64,000 nucleotides of DNA, taken from assembly GCF_013167455.1 (NCBI RefSeq), contig NZ_CP038328.1, one strand, 5' to 3'. The DNA comes from Escherichia coli O157:H7. Lineage in GTDB: Bacteria; Pseudomonadota; Gammaproteobacteria; Enterobacterales; Enterobacteriaceae. The number at the start of each line of letters is the position of its first letter. Within the stretch, counting starts at the first letter, position 1. Under the pieces are notes generated by a model that saw nothing but the letters and a program-made list of their open reading frames with translations, searched no databases and was not told the DNA's origin. Shown one piece after another: positions 44,683 to 55,576 of this stretch. The position numbers were made by a program, and so were the translations under genes.

Positions 44683-45636
44683 GTGGATAGTAATAATCAA
44701 ATTGAATCCTGTTTAAGCAGAAAATCGTCAGAAGGTAAACCACAAATATTTACAACCTTACGAAATATTGATCTTAATCTTCTGACTATTTTTGAAGCTG
44801 TATATGTACATAAAGGGATCGTTAATGCAGCGAAAGTGCTTAATCTGACCCCCTCGGCAATCAGTCAGTCTATTCAGAAACTGCGCGTTATATTCCCTGA
44901 CCCATTGTTTATTCGCAAAGGCCAGGGTGTCACTCCTACCGCATTTGCGATGCATCTACATGAGTATATCAGTCAGGGCCTTGAGTCCATTCTTGGCGCG
45001 CTGGATATCGAAGGAAGCTATGATAAGCAACGAACGATAACTATTGCGACCACCCCCTCGGTCGGAGCTCTGGTCCTTCCTGTCATTTATCGGGCGATTA
45101 AAACTCACTATCCGCAGCTTTTACTGCGCAACCCGCCCATCAGCGACGCGGAAAACCAACTCAGTCAGTTTCAAACCGATCTCATCATAGATAACATGTT
45201 TTGCACCAATCGTACGGTGCAACATCATGTTCTGTTCACCGACAATATGGTGTTAATTTGCCGCGAGGGAAATCCACTACTCTCTTTAGAAGATGACAGA
45301 GAGACTATCGACAACGCTGCACATGTACTCCTGTTACCGGAAGGACAAAATTTCAGCGGTCTGCGGCAGAGAATTCAAGAGATGTTTCCGGACCGGCAGA
45401 TCAGCTTCACCAGCTACAACATTTTGACAATCGCTGCACTGGTTGCCAACAGTGACATGTTAGCGATTATTCCCAGCCGTTTTTATAACCTGTTTAGCCG
45501 TTGCTGGCCGCTGGAAAAACTGCCTTTTCCGTCCTTAAATGAGGAGCAAATAGATTTCTCTATCCACTACAACAAATTCAGCCTGCGTGATCCCATCCTG
45601 CACGGAGTAATAGATGTTATCCGTAATGCATTTTGA
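44683..45636 (+). CDS. ybeF: LysR-family transcriptional regulator
   Basis: 317-aa ORF with GTG start and N-terminal HTH (LNLTPSAISQSIQKLR). Confidence 0.85.
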   Translation: MDSNNQIESCLSRKSSEGKPQIFTTLRNIDLNLLTIFEAVYVHKGIVNAAKVLNLTPSAISQSIQKLRVIFPDPLFIRKGQGVTPTAFAMHLHEYISQGLESILGALDIEGSYDKQRTITIATTPSVGALVLPVIYRAIKTHYPQLLLRNPPISDAENQLSQFQTDLIIDNMFCTNRTVQHHVLFTDNMVLICREGNPLLSLEDDRETIDNAAHVLLLPEGQNFSGLRQRIQEMFPDRQISFTSYNILTIAALVANSDMLAIIPSRFYNLFSRCWPLEKLPFPSLNEEQIDFSIHYNKFSLRDPILHGVIDVIRNAF

Positions 45637-45844
45637 AAAAGTATTGTTACAGCCAGATCACAGCGCAGAACGATAAAATGGCACAATCCAACAACAATTT
45701 TACATTTTCGCGACCGCTTTGGCTGCTTTCAGGTCCGTTTCAATGATATACTGCCAGTCGTTAATTCAAAAATAGTTGATAATTACAACAATCTATTGAA
45801 TTGAAACGCTTTCCTTCGTAATTCGCAACTGGAACACGCACGCT

Positions 45845-46810
45845 ATGAGTAAACCCATTGTGATGGAACGCGGTGTTAAATACCGCGATGCCGATAAGAT
45901 GGCCCTTATCCCGGTTAAAAACGTGGCAACAGAGCGCGAAGCCCTGCTGCGCAAGCCGGAATGGATGAAAATCAAGCTTCCAGCGGACTCTACACGTATC
46001 CAGGGCATCAAAGCCGCAATGCGCAAAAATGGCCTGCATTCTGTCTGCGAGGAAGCCTCCTGCCCTAACCTGGCGGAATGCTTCAACCACGGCACAGCAA
46101 CGTTTATGATCCTGGGCGCTATTTGTACCCGCCGTTGTCCGTTCTGTGACGTTGCCCACGGTCGCCCGGTAGCTCCTGATGCCAATGAGCCAGTGAAACT
46201 GGCGCAGACCATTGCCGATATGGCGCTGCGTTATGTGGTTATCACCTCCGTTGACCGTGATGACCTGCGCGATGGCGGTGCCCAACACTTTGCGGATTGT
46301 ATTACTGCCATTCGGGAAAAAAGCCCGCAAATCAAAATTGAAACTCTGGTGCCGGATTTCCGCGGTCGTATGGATCGTGCTCTGGATATTCTGACTGCAA
46401 CGCCCCCAGATGTGTTCAACCATAACCTGGAAAACGTACCGCGTATTTACCGGCAGGTACGGCCTGGCGCAGATTACAACTGGTCGCTGAAGCTGCTGGA
46501 ACGCTTTAAAGAAGCGCATCCGGAAATCCCGACCAAGTCTGGTCTGATGGTGGGTCTGGGTGAAACCAATGAAGAAATTATTGAGGTAATGCGCGACCTG
46601 CGCCGTCATGGTGTGACGATGTTAACGCTGGGGCAATATTTGCAGCCAAGCCGCCATCACCTGCCGGTTCAACGTTACGTTAGCCCGGATGAGTTCGACG
46701 AAATGAAAGCCGAAGCGCTGGCGATGGGCTTTACCCATGCTGCATGCGGTCCGTTTGTCCGCTCTTCTTACCACGCCGATTTGCAGGCGAAAGGGATGGA
46801 AGTTAAGTAA
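45845..46810 (+). CDS. lipA: lipoyl synthase (radical SAM)
   Basis: 321-aa ORF with CxxxCxxC motifs. Confidence 0.95.
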
Positions 46811-46843
46811 TCCTGTAATAATTACTTACATCTGTCTGATAAA

Positions 46844-46870
46844 AAACCCGCTTTTTGAAGCGGGTTTTTT
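46844..46870. terminator. bidirectional rho-independent terminator between lipA and tatE
   Basis: aaacccgc ttttt gaa gcgggttt flanked by A-run and T-run. Confidence 0.7.
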
Positions 46871-46910
46871 GTATCGAACAAGATATTGAGGGAGCGTCCT
46901 GCTCGCCACG

Positions 46911-47114
46911 TCACTCTTTATGAGAGAGCTTTTCAGCCTGAAGATCAACGTCTGCGCCTTTTTTCGCCGCAGCATCGTCATCATTCATCGCCTTCTTGAA
47001 CCCTTTAATGGCCGCTCCAAGGTCTCCGCCCAGCGTACGTAACTTCTTAGTCCCAAACAGCAGAACGACCAGCGCCGCAACTACCAGCAGTTTGGTAATA
47101 CTAATCTCACCCAT
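46911..47114 (-). CDS. tatE: Sec-independent protein translocase TatE
   Basis: 67-aa ORF with single TM helix; recognised. Confidence 0.9.
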   Translation of the reverse strand: MGEISITKLLVVAALVVLLFGTKKLRTLGGDLGAAIKGFKKAMNDDDAAAKKGADVDLQAEKLSHKE

Positions 47115-47242
47115 AGATACCTTCTTGACATATAACCGGCAACAGAACGCGCCTTAAAAACCAAAGAATATTAACGGTCATTCGACGCGCGCACACAATA
47201 GCAATCTGTAACAAGGTGAATCAAGCGCCGAGTAAAAAAACA

Positions 47243-48037
47243 TCATAATAATTGCGGCGGCGCAAAGCGACGGTTGTTTAAGACGGGCAGTTGCGCGCGC
47301 ACCTGACGCACACGTTCGGGCGTCACTTCCGCCATAATGAGTGCAGGCATTTCTGACGCTGCCGCAATGGTGACGCCAAAGGGATCTATAATCCGGCTTT
47401 GCCCGATATTTTTGTTCCCGCACTCCCCCGCCGCCACCATATAACAGGTGGTATCCAGCGCACGAGCGGCAAGCAACGTTGACCAGTGGTGCTCTTTGAG
47501 CGGCCCGCGAACCCAGGCGGCAGGAAGTACCAGGATTTCAGCTCCCTGTAATGCCTGTGCCAGCGCCAGCTCTGGAAAGCGTAAGTCATAACAGGTCATC
47601 AGACCGACCTTCATCCCCTCCACCTCGAGTAACGGAGCAATTTCATTACCAGCATCAACACGGCGTGATTCCTGAATGGCAAATGCATCATAGAGATGCA
47701 ATTTGGCATAACGGGCGACGATGTTTCCTGCCTGTAGCGCCACCAGCATATTCCATGCGCGCCCCGGCGTTGAAGGAACATGAATCGTCAGAATTGTCGT
47801 CATCATGTTACGTTTACTTTCTCGCCGTAAACGTCCGAGGAATTCGCCTTCCAGCAGCTGTGCTGATTTAACCGATAGATCTGCATCATGATCATCGCGC
47901 GCCAGCAATGCTTCCGGCAGGACAAACAGCGATACGTCGTTTTCCGCCGCCTGCGCCATCAACGAGGCACAAATCTCAGCGTTCTTTTCCCACACAGATG
48001 TAACAGCAAACTGTCCTGCAGCAACCAGCATTGCCAC
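47243..48037 (-). CDS. ybeM: carbon-nitrogen hydrolase (nitrilase superfamily), intact
   Basis: 264-aa uninterrupted ORF; as I recall, ybeM is a frameshifted pseudogene in K-12 MG1655. Confidence 0.85.
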
Positions 48038-48123
48038 CTCCTGTCAGAGTCGTAAAATTCGCCAACGACGATTATTCGGCGTTACACTTATCACTCATAC
48101 AAATCAAATAGCAGGATTTTGCA

Positions 48124-48507
48124 GTGTTACAACTTCTTTTAGCAGTTTTTATTGGCGGTGGTACGGGAAGCGTGGCGAGATGGCTGTTAAGTATGCGATT
48201 TAACCCGCTGCATCAGGCGATTCCGTTGGGGACGCTGGCAGCAAACCTGATTGGGGCATTCATCATAGGAATGGGATTCGCCTGGTTCAGCAGGATGACG
48301 AACATTGATCCAGTGTGGAAAGTATTAATCACCACCGGATTTTGTGGCGGTCTAACAACCTTCTCAACATTTTCGGCAGAAGTGGTGTTTTTGTTACAAG
48401 AGGGCCGCTTTGGCTGGGCATTACTGAACGTTTTCGTCAACCTTCTGGGGTCTTTTGCCATGACCGCACTGGCATTCTGGCTGTTTTCGGCCTCAACCGC
48501 ACACTAA
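48124..48507 (+). CDS. crcB: fluoride ion channel CrcB/FluC
   Basis: 127-aa ORF with GTG start; small 4-TM protein. Confidence 0.9.
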
Positions 48508-48512
48508 AGACC

Positions 48513-48545
48513 AAAAAAAACCCGCTGATTAAGCGGGTTTTGAAT
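48513..48545. terminator. bidirectional terminator between crcB and cspE
   Basis: aaaaacccgct gatta agcgggtttt. Confidence 0.7.
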
Positions 48546-48560
48546 TCTTGCTGACGTATC

Positions 48561-48770
48561 TTACAGAGCGATTACGTTTGCAGCAGAAGGGCCTTTGGCA
48601 CCGTTAGTGATTTCGAACTCTACGCGCTGACCTTCAGCAAGAGTTTTAAAACCATTAGTCTGGATTGCAGAGAAGTGTACGAACACGTCTTTGCTGCCGT
48701 CTTCCGGAGTAATGAAACCGAATCCTTTGGACTCATTAAACCACTTAACGTTACCTTTAATCTTAGACAT
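48561..48770 (-). CDS. cspE: cold-shock-domain protein CspE
   Basis: Starts [20 protein letters not shown]; 69 aa. The ORF-track start at 48854 is an upstream in-frame ATG in the leader. Confidence 0.95.
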
Positions 48771-48944
48771 CAAAATTACCTTTACATGAAAAATAGACAC
48801 AAATGCTGTGTCGGTTACCAGTACACCAATTGTGGTACGCTTTGTCCAGTGCAACTTTACTAAAAAGTGATAAAAATCGCGTTATTTTTGATGTTGCTTA
48901 TTTTAGTTATTGATTTTAAAGAAGTTACTAAAACTTCATTTGTC

Positions 48945-49505
48945 TCAAAACTGAAAGCGCATCCAGGCAAAGTACACATTGCCATTGTTGTAGGTACCCG
49001 GAATGTAGGTCATCTGAAAAGTAACTGGGCCATAACCCACGGAGGCCAATGGCAGTAGAACCGGGAGAGGGATGTAATTCCAGTTATCGCGTGCCGTTAC
49101 GCCAGCGGTGAATCCCAGACCTAAATGAAAATTTTCATCCGCCAGCGGTCGCCAGGTACTTTCCCATCCGTATCCGGCAATCGGTTCCCATTTGTTCCAC
49201 GAGTCCTTAAATGCCATGGCATACAGGCCATGCCAGTTTCCTTTTTCATCCCAACGCGACAGGCCAAAACCGCCACCCCACGGTCGCTCGTTATAGCGAT
49301 CGGTTTTTTCTTTGTCGTAAGCGAAACGTGCATGCCAGGTGATGGCAGGAATATATAAATCATAATGTTCAGGCTGTTGCCAGGTTTGTACAATATTTTC
49401 TCTAAACGTTGTCATCCACTCATCTGCGTTAGCAAAAACTTTACCAACGCTGATTAACTGAATAAAAACAAAGGAAAAGATAGCGACATATTTACTCACG
49501 TTCAT
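48945..49505 (-). CDS. pagP: lipid A palmitoyltransferase PagP (outer membrane)
   Basis: Starts [25 protein letters not shown]; 186 aa. Confidence 0.9.
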   Translation of the reverse strand: MNVSKYVAIFSFVFIQLISVGKVFANADEWMTTFRENIVQTWQQPEHYDLYIPAITWHARFAYDKEKTDRYNERPWGGGFGLSRWDEKGNWHGLYAMAFKDSWNKWEPIAGYGWESTWRPLADENFHLGLGFTAGVTARDNWNYIPLPVLLPLASVGYGPVTFQMTYIPGTYNNGNVYFAWMRFQF

Positions 49506-49559
49506 TTGTGACCATAAAACATTTATCAAAAATCTACTACTAGCATAGCAAAGCTACAA

Positions 49560-49576
49560 TTAACATAACCTTAACA
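49560..49576 (-). promoter_or_regulatory. candidate PhoP box upstream of pagP
   Basis: On the minus strand, TGTTAA-N5-TGTTAA direct repeat resembling the PhoP box (T/G)GTTTA-N5-(T/G)GTTTA. Confidence 0.35.
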
Positions 49577-49990
49577 GCCCCAACATAAAGAATAATCTGA
49601 ATAGCTGCTCTATTTATTTCCGCTTGTTCAAGTTAAATATTTCCGCGCATCGATTTAAAATGACACATCGTTTTCTGCGATGGGAATAGTCATAAAAGAA
49701 AAAGCTAGTTGTTTCTGACAACAAAATGCAACCAAGAAAAAATGACTTATTTTTTAATAAGATACCAAAAATCATCTTAACAGGGAATATATTATATATC
49801 GTCAACCCACGCCCATTGCAGATTATTTTTTGAGCACACAACCGCAGCTAACACCATTGCAATTAACAAATTTGCATCAATCCTCCATCAATTTACACAC
49901 ATTATTATGTGATAATTGCCAACCGCTAAATATGCGTTTTGTTATCTACGTATAAAAACAGCAACTTCAATGTCTTAATGGCAGTTTTTC

Positions 49991-50004
49991 TTGATTTTAA
50001 TCAG
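49991..50004 (+). promoter_or_regulatory. candidate FNR site upstream of dcuC
   Basis: TTGAT-ttta-ATCAg, about 90 bp upstream of the dcuC ATG. Confidence 0.35.
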
Positions 50005-50093
50005 CATTCATCGCCAATTTATTGGGCATATTTTTTCCTTAAGCTTTAGGAATTTTTTATTATTTACTTTGGGGCCTGGAGACAGGAAAAATT

Positions 50094-51479
50094 ATGCTGA
50101 CATTCATTGAACTCCTTATTGGGGTTGTGGTTATTGTGGGTGTAGCTCGCTACATCATTAAAGGGTATTCCGCCACTGGTGTGTTATTTGTCGGTGGCCT
50201 GTTATTGCTGATTATCAGTGCCATTATGGGGCACAAAGTGTTACCGTCCAGCCAGGCTTCAACAGGCTACAGCGCCACGGATATCGTTGAATACGTTAAA
50301 ATATTACTAATGAGCCGCGGCGGCGACCTCGGCATGATGATTATGATGCTGTGTGGATTTGCCGCTTACATGACCCATATCGGCGCGAATGATATGGTGG
50401 TCAAGCTGGCGTCAAAACCATTGCAGTATATTAACTCCCCTTACCTGCTGATGATTGCCGCCTATTTTGTCGCCTGTCTAATGTCTCTGGCCGTCTCTTC
50501 CGCAACCGGTCTGGGTGTTTTGCTGATGGCAACCCTATTTCCGGTGATGGTAAACGTTGGTATCAGTCGTGGCGCAGCTGCTGCCATTTGTGCCTCCCCG
50601 GCGGCGATTATTCTCGCACCGACTTCAGGGGATGTGGTGCTGGCGGCGCAAGCTTCCGAAATGTCGCTGATTGACTTCGCCTTCAAAACGACGCTGCCTA
50701 TCTCAATTGCTGCAATTATCGGCATGGCGATCGCCCACTTCTTCTGGCAACGTTATCTGGATAAAAAAGAGCACATCTCTCATGAAATGTTAGATGTCAG
50801 TGAAATCACCACCACTGCCCCTGCGTTTTATGCCATTTTGCCGTTCACGCCGATCATCGGTGTACTGATTTTTGACGGTAAATGGGGTCCGCAATTACAC
50901 ATCATCACTATTCTGGTGATTTGTATGCTGATTGCCTCCATTCTGGAGTTCCTCCGCAGCTTTAATACCCAGAAAGTTTTCTCTGGTCTGGAAGTGGCTT
51001 ATCGCGGGATGGCAGATGCGTTTGCTAACGTGGTGATGCTGCTGGTTGCCGCTGGGGTATTCGCTCAGGGGCTTAGCACCATCGGCTTTATTCAAAGTCT
51101 GATTTCTATCGCTACCTCGTTTGGTTCGGCGAGTATCATCCTGATGCTGGTATTGGTGATTCTGACAATGCTGGCGGCAGTCACGACCGGTTCAGGCAAT
51201 GCGCCGTTTTATGCGTTTGTTGAGATGATCCCGAAACTGGCGCACTCTTCCGGCATTAACCCGGCGTATTTGACTATCCCGATGCTGCAGGCGTCAAACC
51301 TGGGCCGTACCCTTTCGCCCGTTTCTGGCGTAGTCGTTGCGGTTGCCGGGATGGCGAAGATCTCGCCGTTTGAAGTCGTAAAACGCACCTCGGTACCGGT
51401 GCTTGTTGGTTTGGTGATTGTTATCGTTGCTACAGAGCTGATGGTGCCAGGAACGGCAGCAGCGGTCACAGGCAAGTAA
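50094..51479 (+). CDS. dcuC: anaerobic C4-dicarboxylate transporter DcuC
   Basis: 461-aa multi-TM ORF; recognised. Confidence 0.95.
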   Translation: MLTFIELLIGVVVIVGVARYIIKGYSATGVLFVGGLLLLIISAIMGHKVLPSSQASTGYSATDIVEYVKILLMSRGGDLGMMIMMLCGFAAYMTHIGANDMVVKLASKPLQYINSPYLLMIAAYFVACLMSLAVSSATGLGVLLMATLFPVMVNVGISRGAAAAICASPAAIILAPTSGDVVLAAQASEMSLIDFAFKTTLPISIAAIIGMAIAHFFWQRYLDKKEHISHEMLDVSEITTTAPAFYAILPFTPIIGVLIFDGKWGPQLHIITILVICMLIASILEFLRSFNTQKVFSGLEVAYRGMADAFANVVMLLVAAGVFAQGLSTIGFIQSLISIATSFGSASIILMLVLVILTMLAAVTTGSGNAPFYAFVEMIPKLAHSSGINPAYLTIPMLQASNLGRTLSPVSGVVVAVAGMAKISPFEVVKRTSVPVLVGLVIVIVATELMVPGTAAAVTGK

Positions 51480-51519
51480 ATAGTAATGCCGGAGGCAAGT
51501 TTCCTCCGGCTTTATCATG

Positions 51520-52200
51520 TCACCCACTGTGGTATATGCGTTGCGGTCTGCCAACTTTGCCGTGAACAATTTCAGCAATAATCAGATGGCGGCTGGCGCA
51601 ATATTCAAGATAACGCCTGGCAGTGGTGCGACTGATGGTCAGTGCCTGCGCCACCGTTTCTGCCGTATGTTGCACACCAGGCTCTTTAAACAGTTTTCGC
51701 ACCGCGTTTAGCGTCAAGGGGTCAATGCCGGTCGGCAGTTCGTCTTTGGGTTCACCGCGAGCATAGGCATTAAACATCTCATCAATTTGCTTCTGGCTGG
51801 CGCTATCAATACTTTCCAGCATATGTTTACGCTGGCGGAAACGGGTTAGCGTTTGCCCCAGCCGTTCATAGGCAATGGGCTTAATGAGATAATCAAATAC
51901 ACCACAACGTACGGCTTCAGACACCGTTTCCATATCGCTGGCTGCAGTGGTAAACACCACGTCGCCGGGATAATGCGCCTGCACCAGTTCATGCAGTAAA
52001 TTAATCCCTCTACCGTCAGGAAGATAGTTATCGAGCAAGATTAGCCCCGGCTTAAAACGCTCGATCATCATTCGGGCCTGCGCCAGGTTTCCCGCCAGTA
52101 ATATCTGACTGAATCCGGGAATGTGACGAATATATTCAGCATGCATCTCTGCCAGCGGCGTTTCGTCCTCAACGATCAATAGGGTTAATGGAGCTGTCAT
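51520..52200 (-). CDS. dpiA: two-component response regulator DpiA (CitB)
   Basis: 226-aa ORF with receiver domain and C-terminal HTH. Confidence 0.95.
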   Translation of the reverse strand: MTAPLTLLIVEDETPLAEMHAEYIRHIPGFSQILLAGNLAQARMMIERFKPGLILLDNYLPDGRGINLLHELVQAHYPGDVVFTTAASDMETVSEAVRCGVFDYLIKPIAYERLGQTLTRFRQRKHMLESIDSASQKQIDEMFNAYARGEPKDELPTGIDPLTLNAVRKLFKEPGVQHTAETVAQALTISRTTARRYLEYCASRHLIIAEIVHGKVGRPQRIYHSG

Positions 52201-53827
52201 TTGGTTTCACTTTCGGAATATAGATTGAAAATAAGGTACCGCAGGGATCATTATCTTCGAGAGTGATAACACCACCGCAGCGCGTTACGTAGCTGGCAAT
52301 CAAGTACAACCCAATGCCATGTTCACCGGGCTCGTCAGCACGCGTACTGACCCCCTGCTCAAATATTTTGTCTCGTAGAGACTCTGGAACGCCGCAGCCC
52401 TGATCGGCGACTTCAATCACCACATCATCGCCTTCATCGCTGAGGAATAATTCAACGATCTTGTTTCCTTCATCGCTACGCAGGCTGGCTTCGAAGGCGT
52501 TATCAAGTAAATTGCCCACAATGGCTGCAAACTCGGTGCTATCCAGTCCTGGCGGCAGTTGCGAAAGCTGGCTACCGGGGACAATGATCATTTTTAGCCC
52601 CAGTTCCCGGGCGCGCTGCACTTTACCAAAAAGCAGCCCCGCCACCTGGCGATCGGCAAACGCCTCGCGCAGGCTGTCAATAAGCTGTTGCTGGGCCTGA
52701 GACTCCCCCTGCACCATCGCCAGCACGCGATCATACTCTTTCATCTGCAACAGACCATTGAGCGTCGACATCCAATTGAGATGCTCGTGTCGCAATGTAC
52801 GAAGGCTCTCAACGTATTGTTTTATTTGCGTCAGTTGCGCATTGAGGGTGGAAATTTCGTCTTTACTGCGAAAGCTGATAATGGCCCCCAGCAAATCATC
52901 ACCTGAACGAATAGCTTCCCGATTGGCAATAACGCTCAGACCGTTAAAGTTAGCCACTACATCCTGACGTTTTTCATCAATCTGTTCGGTAAAGAAATCG
53001 GCGGGCCTGACCACTTCAGCAATGGGTTTACCCAACCATTGCCGTCCGGGAGAGCTCAGCCCCAGCATCTTTCTTGCGTTACGATTGATGGCGGTAATGT
53101 AACCATGCGGATCCACCGCAATCAGCCCTTCATAAACCGAACTAAACAGCGCCTCTTGCTGACGGACCACGCGTGCGATTTGCTTTGGCTCCATGCCCAT
53201 CATTTGCCGACGGATATGCGCTGCCAGGAACCACGACAGCAACATCAGAATCCCTAACAGCACGACAAACACGCCTGCCATCGGTAATAAAAACTCAGCC
53301 CGCCAGCTATCGATTTTACTCACCAGGTAGCCAATCGACACCACGCCGATGACTTTTCCATCGTCATCAAAGATTGGCGTTTTGGCGCGCATCGCCATCC
53401 CCATTGACCCTTTCCCGGTAATGAAGTAGCTCTCCCCTTTCTCCAGCGCGCCCTGTTTGGTGAACTGCATAGGATAACCAATTTTCTCCGGATTAGGATG
53501 GTAAAGGCGGATCGAGTGCCGGTCCCCAATCACCACATAATCAAAATCGGTATCTCTTTGTAATTTGTTAGCGATGGTCGCCAGCCGTTTGTAGTCACGC
53601 GTTTTCACCTCAGAGATGACACTGTCATTGGAGGCAATAATTTTCGCCTGATTCATTGCCATGTCGCGTACATGAAGCGTTAAATAGTCCTCAAAACTGG
53701 CCGTAAAATATTGCGCCAGGGCTGCAATGACAAATATTGAGAACACCAGAATCAGCAAAAAGATACGCAGCGGAAATGCCAGTCTTTGGAAAAATGCAAA
53801 CTGTTTATTCTCGTTAAGCTGCAACAT
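52169..53827 (-). CDS. dpiB: sensor histidine kinase DpiB (CitA)
   Basis: Starts MLQLNENKQFAFFQRLAFPLRIF; 552 aa; overlaps the dpiA start by 32 nt. The ORF-track start at 53887 is upstream. Confidence 0.9.
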   Translation of the reverse strand: MLQLNENKQFAFFQRLAFPLRIFLLILVFSIFVIAALAQYFTASFEDYLTLHVRDMAMNQAKIIASNDSVISEVKTRDYKRLATIANKLQRDTDFDYVVIGDRHSIRLYHPNPEKIGYPMQFTKQGALEKGESYFITGKGSMGMAMRAKTPIFDDDGKVIGVVSIGYLVSKIDSWRAEFLLPMAGVFVVLLGILMLLSWFLAAHIRRQMMGMEPKQIARVVRQQEALFSSVYEGLIAVDPHGYITAINRNARKMLGLSSPGRQWLGKPIAEVVRPADFFTEQIDEKRQDVVANFNGLSVIANREAIRSGDDLLGAIISFRSKDEISTLNAQLTQIKQYVESLRTLRHEHLNWMSTLNGLLQMKEYDRVLAMVQGESQAQQQLIDSLREAFADRQVAGLLFGKVQRARELGLKMIIVPGSQLSQLPPGLDSTEFAAIVGNLLDNAFEASLRSDEGNKIVELFLSDEGDDVVIEVADQGCGVPESLRDKIFEQGVSTRADEPGEHGIGLYLIASYVTRCGGVITLEDNDPCGTLFSIYIPKVKPNDSSINPIDR

Positions 53828-54206
53828 TGTTTTCCTTGCGGGTTGTCCCGAGCCTCTTTGACGGATGTAATTAAAATGTTGAATCAAAATACATAGATAT
53901 TAATTATGATCGTGGCAAATTTTATTCATTAAATCAATTAAATCACTTAAACCTGCGAGTCATTTCGTAATTATATTAATTAAAAAACTTAAAACCATTA
54001 AATAAATAAAAAACCACTAACTCTATGTGAAATAAATCAAAATTTCACGCCGAAATACTCCTTAGGATGTATAGCGAAAGGAGAAAAAGATATACCTCGA
54101 TCACCCCCCTTTCTCCCAAGTGAAAATAAAAGGTTATCAGTTTGCAACATTGAACAACATTCGTTGCAAATCGATAACAACATGCACCTTCAGGATACTA
54201 TTTATT

Positions 54207-55265
54207 ATGTTCGGCAATGATATTTTCACCCGCGTAAAACGTTCAGAAAATAAAAAAATGGCGGAAATCGCCCAATTCCTGCATGAAAATGATTTGAGCG
54301 TTGACACCACAGTCGAAGTATTTATTACCGTAACCCGCGATGAAAAGCTTATCGCGTGCGGTGGAATTGCCGGAAATATTATTAAATGCGTTGCTATCAG
54401 TGAATCCGTTCGCGGTGAAGGACTGGCGCTGACATTAGCCACTGAACTGATAAACCTCGCCTATGAGCGGCACAGCACGCATCTGTTTATTTATACCAAA
54501 ACCGAATACGAGGCGCTGTTCCGCCAGTGCGGTTTTTCCACGCTGACCAGCGTACCCGGCGTGATGGTGCTGATGGAAAACAGCGCCACGCGACTGAAAC
54601 GCTATGCCGAATCGCTGAAAAAATTTCGTCATCCAGGGAACAAGATTGGCTGCATTGCGATGAACGCCAATCCCTTTACGAATGGTCACCGTTATCTGAT
54701 TCAACAAGCTGCGGCACAGTGCGACTGGTTGCATCTGTTTTTAGTCAAAGAAGATTCTTCACGCTTCCCCTATGAAGACCGGCTGGATCTGGTGTTAAAA
54801 GGCACCGCCGATATTCCACGCCTGACTGTGCATCGCGGCTCCGAATACATCATCTCCCGCGCTACGTTCCCTTGCTACTTCATTAAAGAACAGAGCGTCA
54901 TTAACCATTGTTACACCGAAATTGATCTGAAGATTTTCCGTCAGTACCTCGCTCCCGCGCTGGGTGTAACTCACCGCTTTGTCGGTACTGAATCCTTTTG
55001 TCGCGTTACCGCCCAGTACAACCAGGATATGCGCTACTGGCTGGAAACGCCGACTATCTCCGCAGCGCCCATCGAACTGGTTGAAATTGAGCGGCTGCGT
55101 TACCAGGAGATGCCGATATCCGCTTCCCGGGTACGTCAACTGCTGGCGAAAAACGATCTCACGGCTATCGCGCCGCTGGTCCCTGCAGTCACGCTGCATT
55201 ATTTGCAGAACCTGCTTGAGCACTCCCGCCAGGACGCGGCAGCTCGTCAAAAGACCCCCGCATGA
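54207..55265 (+). CDS. citC: [citrate (pro-3S)-lyase] ligase
   Basis: Starts MFGNDIFTRVKRSENKKMAEIAQFL; 352 aa. The ORF-track start at 54120 is upstream. Confidence 0.9.
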   Translation: MFGNDIFTRVKRSENKKMAEIAQFLHENDLSVDTTVEVFITVTRDEKLIACGGIAGNIIKCVAISESVRGEGLALTLATELINLAYERHSTHLFIYTKTEYEALFRQCGFSTLTSVPGVMVLMENSATRLKRYAESLKKFRHPGNKIGCIAMNANPFTNGHRYLIQQAAAQCDWLHLFLVKEDSSRFPYEDRLDLVLKGTADIPRLTVHRGSEYIISRATFPCYFIKEQSVINHCYTEIDLKIFRQYLAPALGVTHRFVGTESFCRVTAQYNQDMRYWLETPTISAAPIELVEIERLRYQEMPISASRVRQLLAKNDLTAIAPLVPAVTLHYLQNLLEHSRQDAAARQKTPA

Positions 55266-55279
55266 GAAACAGGTGAAAA

Positions 55280-55576
55280 ATGAAAATAAACCAGCCCGCC
55301 GTTGCAGGCACCCTTGAGTCTGGGGATGTGATGATACGCATCGCCCCACTCGATACGCAGGATATCGACCTGCAAATCAATAGCAGCGTTGAGAAACAGT
55401 TTGGCGATGCAATTCGCACCACCATTCTGGACGTTCTCGCCCGCTACAACGTGCGCGGCGTACAGCTGAATGTCGATGATAAAGGCGCACTGGACTGCAT
55501 TTTACGTGCACGACTGGAAGCCCTGCTGGCACGCGCCAGCGGTATCCCGGCTCTGCCATGGGAGGATTGCCAATGA
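55280..55576 (+). CDS. citD: citrate lyase acyl carrier protein (gamma subunit)
   Basis: 98-aa ORF; recognised. Confidence 0.95.

Noticed and set aside
45761-46609. 282-aa minus-strand ORF antisense to lipA, and 12715..13416 antisense to miaB
   Set aside because: Inside well-supported genes; no independent evidence.
48038-48123. Fluoride riboswitch (crcB motif) upstream of crcB
   Set aside because: The 86-bp leader shows none of the conserved crcB-motif elements; E. coli crcB is, as far as I recall, not riboswitch-controlled.
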